NCBI GenBank assembly: GCA_963783575.1 | Contig: CAWAOD010000013.1 | Span: forward strand, 96,001 to 160,000 | Origin: an uncultured Spirochaetota bacterium | Lineage (GTDB): Bacteria > Spirochaetota > Brevinematia > Brevinematales > JAOACQ01 | Direction: 5' to 3' | Length of the DNA stretch: 64,000 bases | Shown here: positions 59,250 through 64,000 of the stretch, in pieces | How the letters are laid out: every line of letters starts with the position of its first letter | How positions within the stretch are numbered: the stretch's first letter is position 1 | The notes under the pieces: model-generated | Databases searched by the model: none | What the model was told of the DNA's origin: nothing | The model's input: only the letters and a program-made list of their open reading frames with translations | Translations under genes and position numbers: made by a program

Positions 59250-59780
59250 ATGATTGGTATTGGTTTGAAAATTGGAGAAACCATCAAGGTTATACTCGCT
59301 GTTCTTGGTATTATAAGCGCTTACCCGGAAGTCAACAGTGAGATAGAGAATATATTTATCTATAGAAATTTGAAAAATGCTGAAATCGTGGATATGCAGT
59401 TCAGATCTTACAATTTGATCAATCCGGCGATCAGGGACATTATAGAAGGCGGGATTGACGTCAACATAATTTATCAAATTAAAACAACCTTTAAGAATAA
59501 TATAATTTACAGAGGTTTATCCAACCAGAAGATATCATATAAAGGCGGAATCTACTCCGTGAATAATAAAGGTAATTTTGATTTTAACATATTAACGAAT
59601 GTAATCTCTGTCAATGAGGTCCCGATTCTTACAAATGCTTCAAGTTTTACGAATTGCCTGATGCGTACGGAAATCAAATTATTGATTAACTGTGATGCAA
59701 CACCGGAAATCATAAATCTATGGGGGAATAAACCAAAGTATTATATCAATTTTGTTTTGGGTGTAAATAATGAAAATTAA
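59250..59780 (+). CDS. exported hypothetical protein preceding the two-component pair
   Basis: hydrophobic N-terminus; overlaps the kinase start; start codon uncertain. Confidence 0.65.
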   Translation: MIGIGLKIGETIKVILAVLGIISAYPEVNSEIENIFIYRNLKNAEIVDMQFRSYNLINPAIRDIIEGGIDVNIIYQIKTTFKNNIIYRGLSNQKISYKGGIYSVNNKGNFDFNILTNVISVNEVPILTNASSFTNCLMRTEIKLLINCDATPEIINLWGNKPKYYINFVLGVNNEN

Positions 59781-60846
59781 TTTTATCATAATATTTCTTT
59801 TAGCCATGGTTCTGATATTATTGTCAACAACGGTAACAACATATACGGCAATAAGGGACTCCCAGAAATCCTTTGAAAAAGAGCTTACATTTTTAAAAGA
59901 ATCTATTTCAAATAATAGTGAATTTCAAAAAAGAATCAGTCTTTACAAAGCCTTTGCAGAAAAACAAGCCATTGATACAACCCGCCGGGTTCTCGGTGTA
60001 TTTTTCCTTGAACTTTTAATTATGGTTGCTTTATTCCTTATTTTTATTTATGGCGTAACTCTTCCAATCAATAAGCTTTCTTCCGCCGTAAAATCCATAT
60101 ATTTCGAGAAGACCGAGAATGACCTGCTCCTTGAAGAGGCCGGCACCGAAGAAGTAAGGGTGCTGGTTAGGGCGTTTAATGAAATGGTGATAAAATTGAA
60201 GAATTATGAAAAAATACTGGGTAATGTGCAGAAATATAGGGGCTGGAAAGAAATTTCAAGAATAATAGTTCATGAGATTAATAATATCATTTCACCCGTA
60301 CAGACTTACATGGAATTCCTTATTGATAAAGTTGAGGAAAAAGAAAAAGTTTTTTTTATATTGACAAAATTGAACGATATGAAATCAGTACTCCAGAAAT
60401 TCCGTGAAATTTCACATCTTCCCGATGCTCTTCTGGAAATGCAAAATATTGTACCGATTGTCAGGGAGATAGGCAAGGAATTCAAGAATGTTTTTTTTTC
60501 GACAAATGATACGGAGGAGGTATTGATAAAAATCGATAGGGTTCTTTTTAAGGAAATTATTCGAAATTTAATAAAAAACGCGGTTGAATCGTGTGAAAAT
60601 GTGTCGGTTGAAGTTGGAATAAAGGAAGAGAATAAACAAACCTTTGTTTTTATAAAAGATAATGGGAAGGGTATGAGCAAGGAAACTTTGGCAAAAATTT
60701 TTGAGCCGGGCTTTTCAACAAAAAAGGGAAATATCGGTATTGGGCTATCGATTGTAAAAAGCCTTGCCCAGGAACAGAATGCGAGGGTTGAAGTTGATAG
60801 TACGGTGAATAACGGCACCTGTTTTAAAATCATATTTGAAAGTTAA
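59770..60846 (+). CDS. HAMP sensor histidine kinase (NtrY-like)
   Basis: two TMs, HAMP, WKEISR.IVHEINN, NLIKNAVE, DNGKG, GIGLSIV. Confidence 0.92.
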   Translation: MKINFIIIFLLAMVLILLSTTVTTYTAIRDSQKSFEKELTFLKESISNNSEFQKRISLYKAFAEKQAIDTTRRVLGVFFLELLIMVALFLIFIYGVTLPINKLSSAVKSIYFEKTENDLLLEEAGTEEVRVLVRAFNEMVIKLKNYEKILGNVQKYRGWKEISRIIVHEINNIISPVQTYMEFLIDKVEEKEKVFFILTKLNDMKSVLQKFREISHLPDALLEMQNIVPIVREIGKEFKNVFFSTNDTEEVLIKIDRVLFKEIIRNLIKNAVESCENVSVEVGIKEENKQTFVFIKDNGKGMSKETLAKIFEPGFSTKKGNIGIGLSIVKSLAQEQNARVEVDSTVNNGTCFKIIFES

Positions 60847-61000
60847 ATTAATATAACCGCTAATTCCGCAAATTAACACGAACAAACAGCCATTAATTAT
60901 GTGAATTCAACAAACAAAAGATAAATTGGTGTGAATTAGCGCAATTCCTGGCAGAATTTATGAAAATGTTATGAAATAATAAATATTTTAAGGATGGATT

Positions 61001-62338
61001 ATGAAGATATTGATTGTTGATGACAACGAAGATGTGATTATCAGTCTTAAGGGAGTTTTTCAGGAATACGAAGTATCAGGAGCCGACTCAATAAAAAATG
61101 CAAGGAAGATTCTTGACGCCGAAGGTGATAATATTGACATTGCGATAATAGATATCAAACTCGGCGAGGAAGACGGAATTGAACTATTAAACTATATAAA
61201 AAGCAAGGTACCGTCAATTGAATGCATAATGATCTCCGGGTATACGAGCGTTGAAAAAGCCGTGCTATCGATTAAGCTGGGGGCTTTCGATTTTGTGGAG
61301 AAGCCGATATCATATCAGAAAATGAAGGTTGTGATTAATAACGCGATCGAGCATAAACGCTTTTCAAACCTATTAAGGAAGGAGATTGAGAAATACAGGC
61401 TTGTCGGTACATCGCCGGCCGTTAATAAAATGAATGAAATGATCGAAAAGGCTGCCCAGACTGACTTTCCGGTGATGATAACCGGGGAGAGCGGTGTTGG
61501 GAAAGAGCATATCGCTAATCTGATTCATTTAAAAAGCAGGCGGGGGAAGAACGAGATTATCAAACTGAACTGTGCAGCGATTCCGGAAAATCTTTTTGAA
61601 AGCGAGCTTTTTGGGTTTCAAAAAGGGGCTTTTACCGGCGCGAATGTTACAAAAAAAGGCAAGATCGAAATGGCAAGCGAGGGAACTCTTTTTCTGGATG
61701 AGATCGGAGAACTTCCGTTATCACAGCAGGCAAAATTATTAAGGGTGCTTGAGGACAGGGAAGTTACCAAGCTTGGGGGTGAATTGAAAACAAAAGTTGA
61801 TTTCCGGCTTATCAGCGCGACAAACAGCAATTTAAAAGAGTCCGTGGGCAAGGGCAAATTCAGGGAAGATTTTTATTACAGGATAGGGGTTTTAATAATT
61901 GATATACCGCCGTTACGGGAAAGAAAGGAAGATATAATCAATCTTGCCGATCATTTTTTCAAGCAGGCATGCATGGAGAACGGAAGCATTATAAAAAACA
62001 TATCGGCGGAAGCAATGGATTTGATCTCATCATTACCGCTAAAAGGTAATATCCGTGAATTGAAAAATTTAATGCAGCGTTTGTTCGCATTCTCGGAGGG
62101 TATAGAGATCAAGCTAGGCGATGTAAAACGGATCATCAGCAGCAATCAGAAGGATGAAGGGGATTCAATTTTTCAAAAAACGATGCCTTACAGCGAGGCG
62201 AAAAGGATTCTTGAAAGAAAATATATTGAAGCCCAGCTTAAACTGAACGATAATAATATATCAAAAACCGCGATAAGTATCGGTATTCTTCCAAATAACC
62301 TTGTCAGAAAAATAAAAGAGCTGGAAATGAATTCATAG
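61001..62338 (+). CDS. sigma54-dependent response regulator (NtrX-like)
   Basis: receiver, GESGVGKE, GAFTGA, FLDEIGE, GNIRELKN, HTH. Confidence 0.95.
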   Translation: MKILIVDDNEDVIISLKGVFQEYEVSGADSIKNARKILDAEGDNIDIAIIDIKLGEEDGIELLNYIKSKVPSIECIMISGYTSVEKAVLSIKLGAFDFVEKPISYQKMKVVINNAIEHKRFSNLLRKEIEKYRLVGTSPAVNKMNEMIEKAAQTDFPVMITGESGVGKEHIANLIHLKSRRGKNEIIKLNCAAIPENLFESELFGFQKGAFTGANVTKKGKIEMASEGTLFLDEIGELPLSQQAKLLRVLEDREVTKLGGELKTKVDFRLISATNSNLKESVGKGKFREDFYYRIGVLIIDIPPLRERKEDIINLADHFFKQACMENGSIIKNISAEAMDLISSLPLKGNIRELKNLMQRLFAFSEGIEIKLGDVKRIISSNQKDEGDSIFQKTMPYSEAKRILERKYIEAQLKLNDNNISKTAISIGILPNNLVRKIKELEMNS

Positions 62339-63028
62339 TGATTTTACATATAACAGTTCTCTTTTAATTTTACCTGCAGGTTTTAATAGGCCCATTCTTT
62401 TAAGGCTGTAAGTTATTTTTGTCGCCATACTCCTGCTGATTTCTGCCGTATTTGCAAGGCTGCTGTTTGTGAAAGGTTCAATAAGGTTATCAGGAAGGAA
62501 CCGTTTGAAATCCGCTCGCGTTTTAAAAACAACTCTGTCATGGACATCCAGAAGTTTATGATCTTCCACACTGGCCCATTTTCTTCTCCAGCTGCCAAGA
62601 CCGTCGTTTTTCAAAATCAGTTCTTCGCTAATTAACAATACTTCTATTGAGATATTTTTATTATTGATCAACTCGGGTATCCTTACCAGCTCATCGAAAA
62701 TATTTATTATATTACCAGACTTGGGCAATTTTCTCCTGTTGATTTCATTCCCTTCATTGTCAAGCCTTACAATCCATTTATTTTTTGGAATCGGGTATAC
62801 AAGGCTTATTAAATGATCTTCCGAGAGTTTCAGGATTTTTTTCTTTATCTTATACAAATATTTTGTCTGGATCTCTATAAGATGATTGTCCCTGACAATA
62901 TCAATTACATATCTGCCGATTTTTTCTTCCAGCCTGTCACCCGGCCTTGCATACCAGTTTTTAATCGCCGCGTGGAGGGATTTCTCGTTTAACAGACCGA
63001 TATGATTATCTTTAATTTTTTTACTCAC
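62333..63028 (-). CDS. conserved hypothetical protein, possible PD-(D/E)XK-like fold with C-terminal wHTH
   Basis: IGLLNEKSLHAAIK, IDIVR...IEIQT, C-terminal LA....SRSMA.K..Y.L..MG. Confidence 0.65.
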   Translation of the reverse strand: MSKKIKDNHIGLLNEKSLHAAIKNWYARPGDRLEEKIGRYVIDIVRDNHLIEIQTKYLYKIKKKILKLSEDHLISLVYPIPKNKWIVRLDNEGNEINRRKLPKSGNIINIFDELVRIPELINNKNISIEVLLISEELILKNDGLGSWRRKWASVEDHKLLDVHDRVVFKTRADFKRFLPDNLIEPFTNSSLANTAEISRSMATKITYSLKRMGLLKPAGKIKRELLYVKSL

Positions 63029-63181
63029 AAAAACAACCTTGCTTATTTTTAATGATAATTCGCGATACTTTAATTGTTCCGTTAAATAATTATATCATAA
63101 TTCTCTGAATTTTGCAGGGCTTGACTATTTATAACAGTTGCCATATCATCTATGGCAGCATAATAGCCTGCCCTGAGCCTG

Positions 63182-64000
63182 CAGACTGTGTGAAAACACA
63201 GTAAATATGCTATAATTATTAGAACAAAAATAATCGGAGTAAAAGATGAAGCATATTGAGGGAGAATCAAGGGATCAGATAGTTCTGTTCAATGAAACAC
63301 TGGAAGATCTGTTAGGAGAAGAAGATCCGGTAAGGTTTATAGATATTTTTGTTGATAAGCTAAATATGAAAGGAGTTGGTTTTAAAGTAAAAGAAGCATC
63401 AACCGGCAGAAGTTCATATAAATCCGAAATACTTTTAAAAATCTATATTTACGGATATTTGAATAAAATCAGGACAAGCAGGAAATTAGAGAGAGAGTGC
63501 CGAAGAAACACAGAGTTGATGTGGCTGACTGGACGACTAGCGCCGGATTTCAAGACGATTGCCGACTTCAGGAAAGATAATAAGAAGGGAATACAGTCGA
63601 TATTCAGAGAATTTTTGAAGATATGTCATAAAGCCGGGCTTTTATCATTTGACGTTGTTGGAATTGATGGAACCAAGATCAGTGCGCAAAACCACAATAA
63701 CAATGTTTATCATAGGAAAAACATAGAAGAAATCATACATAGAATAGATCAAAAGATCGAAGAATATTTGAATGAGATGGATAAGAACGATAAGGAAGAA
63801 AAGAATGAATTTGAATTTCTTTCCGGAAAGATAGCGGAACGTTTAAAGAAAATGAAAACAAAAAAGGATAAAGTTGAGGCTATTAAAAAGATTTTTGAGG
63901 GAAATCCTGAAATGGAGAAATATTATTCAAATGACCCGGAAAGCCGGTTTATGAATGATAAAGGGAAATCCGACATTGCATATAATCTGCAGATGGCAGT
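63182..64000 (+). mobile_element. IS1182-family element, partial (transposase from ATG 63246 runs off the window)
   Basis: MKHIEGESRDQ, GRSSY...LLKIYIYGYLN.IRTSRKLERE, PDFKTIADFRKDN, IDGTK, DPESR, AYNLQ; left end approximately CAGACTGTGTGAAAAC. Confidence 0.9.

Overview
This is an AT-rich bacterial chromosomal window, probably from an anaerobic spirochete-like organism (lineage inferred, not established). Core content: a PAS hybrid kinase; a heme-c/HAMP class III cyclase; a Hnd/HydABC-type [FeFe]-hydrogenase operon followed by nfnAB and amtB-glnK; metXW; mutS; rpsB-tsf-pyrH-rsmD-tsaB; asd; three Hsp20 genes; tRNA-Pro(GGG); purC; an outer-membrane protein; an S55 peptidase-pgsA-apgM-suhB run; and an NtrY/NtrX-like pair. 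Mobile DNA comprises one complete IS186-like IS4 element and a partial IS1182. The most unusual signal is non-coding. Several cargo segments (M6 protease plus FN3 lipoprotein, toxin-antitoxin pairs, a repeat cluster) are bounded by 30-160 bp diverged direct repeats with no integrase in the window. Several families of miniature palindromic repeats also nest inside one another and sit beside decayed GxxExxY, toxin-antitoxin and other small accessory genes. Four ordinarily intact genes (hndB, metX, mutS, pgsA-like) carry single-base frameshifts, most likely assembly errors. No CRISPR array or rRNA was seen. All calls were made by eye from motifs; no searches were run.
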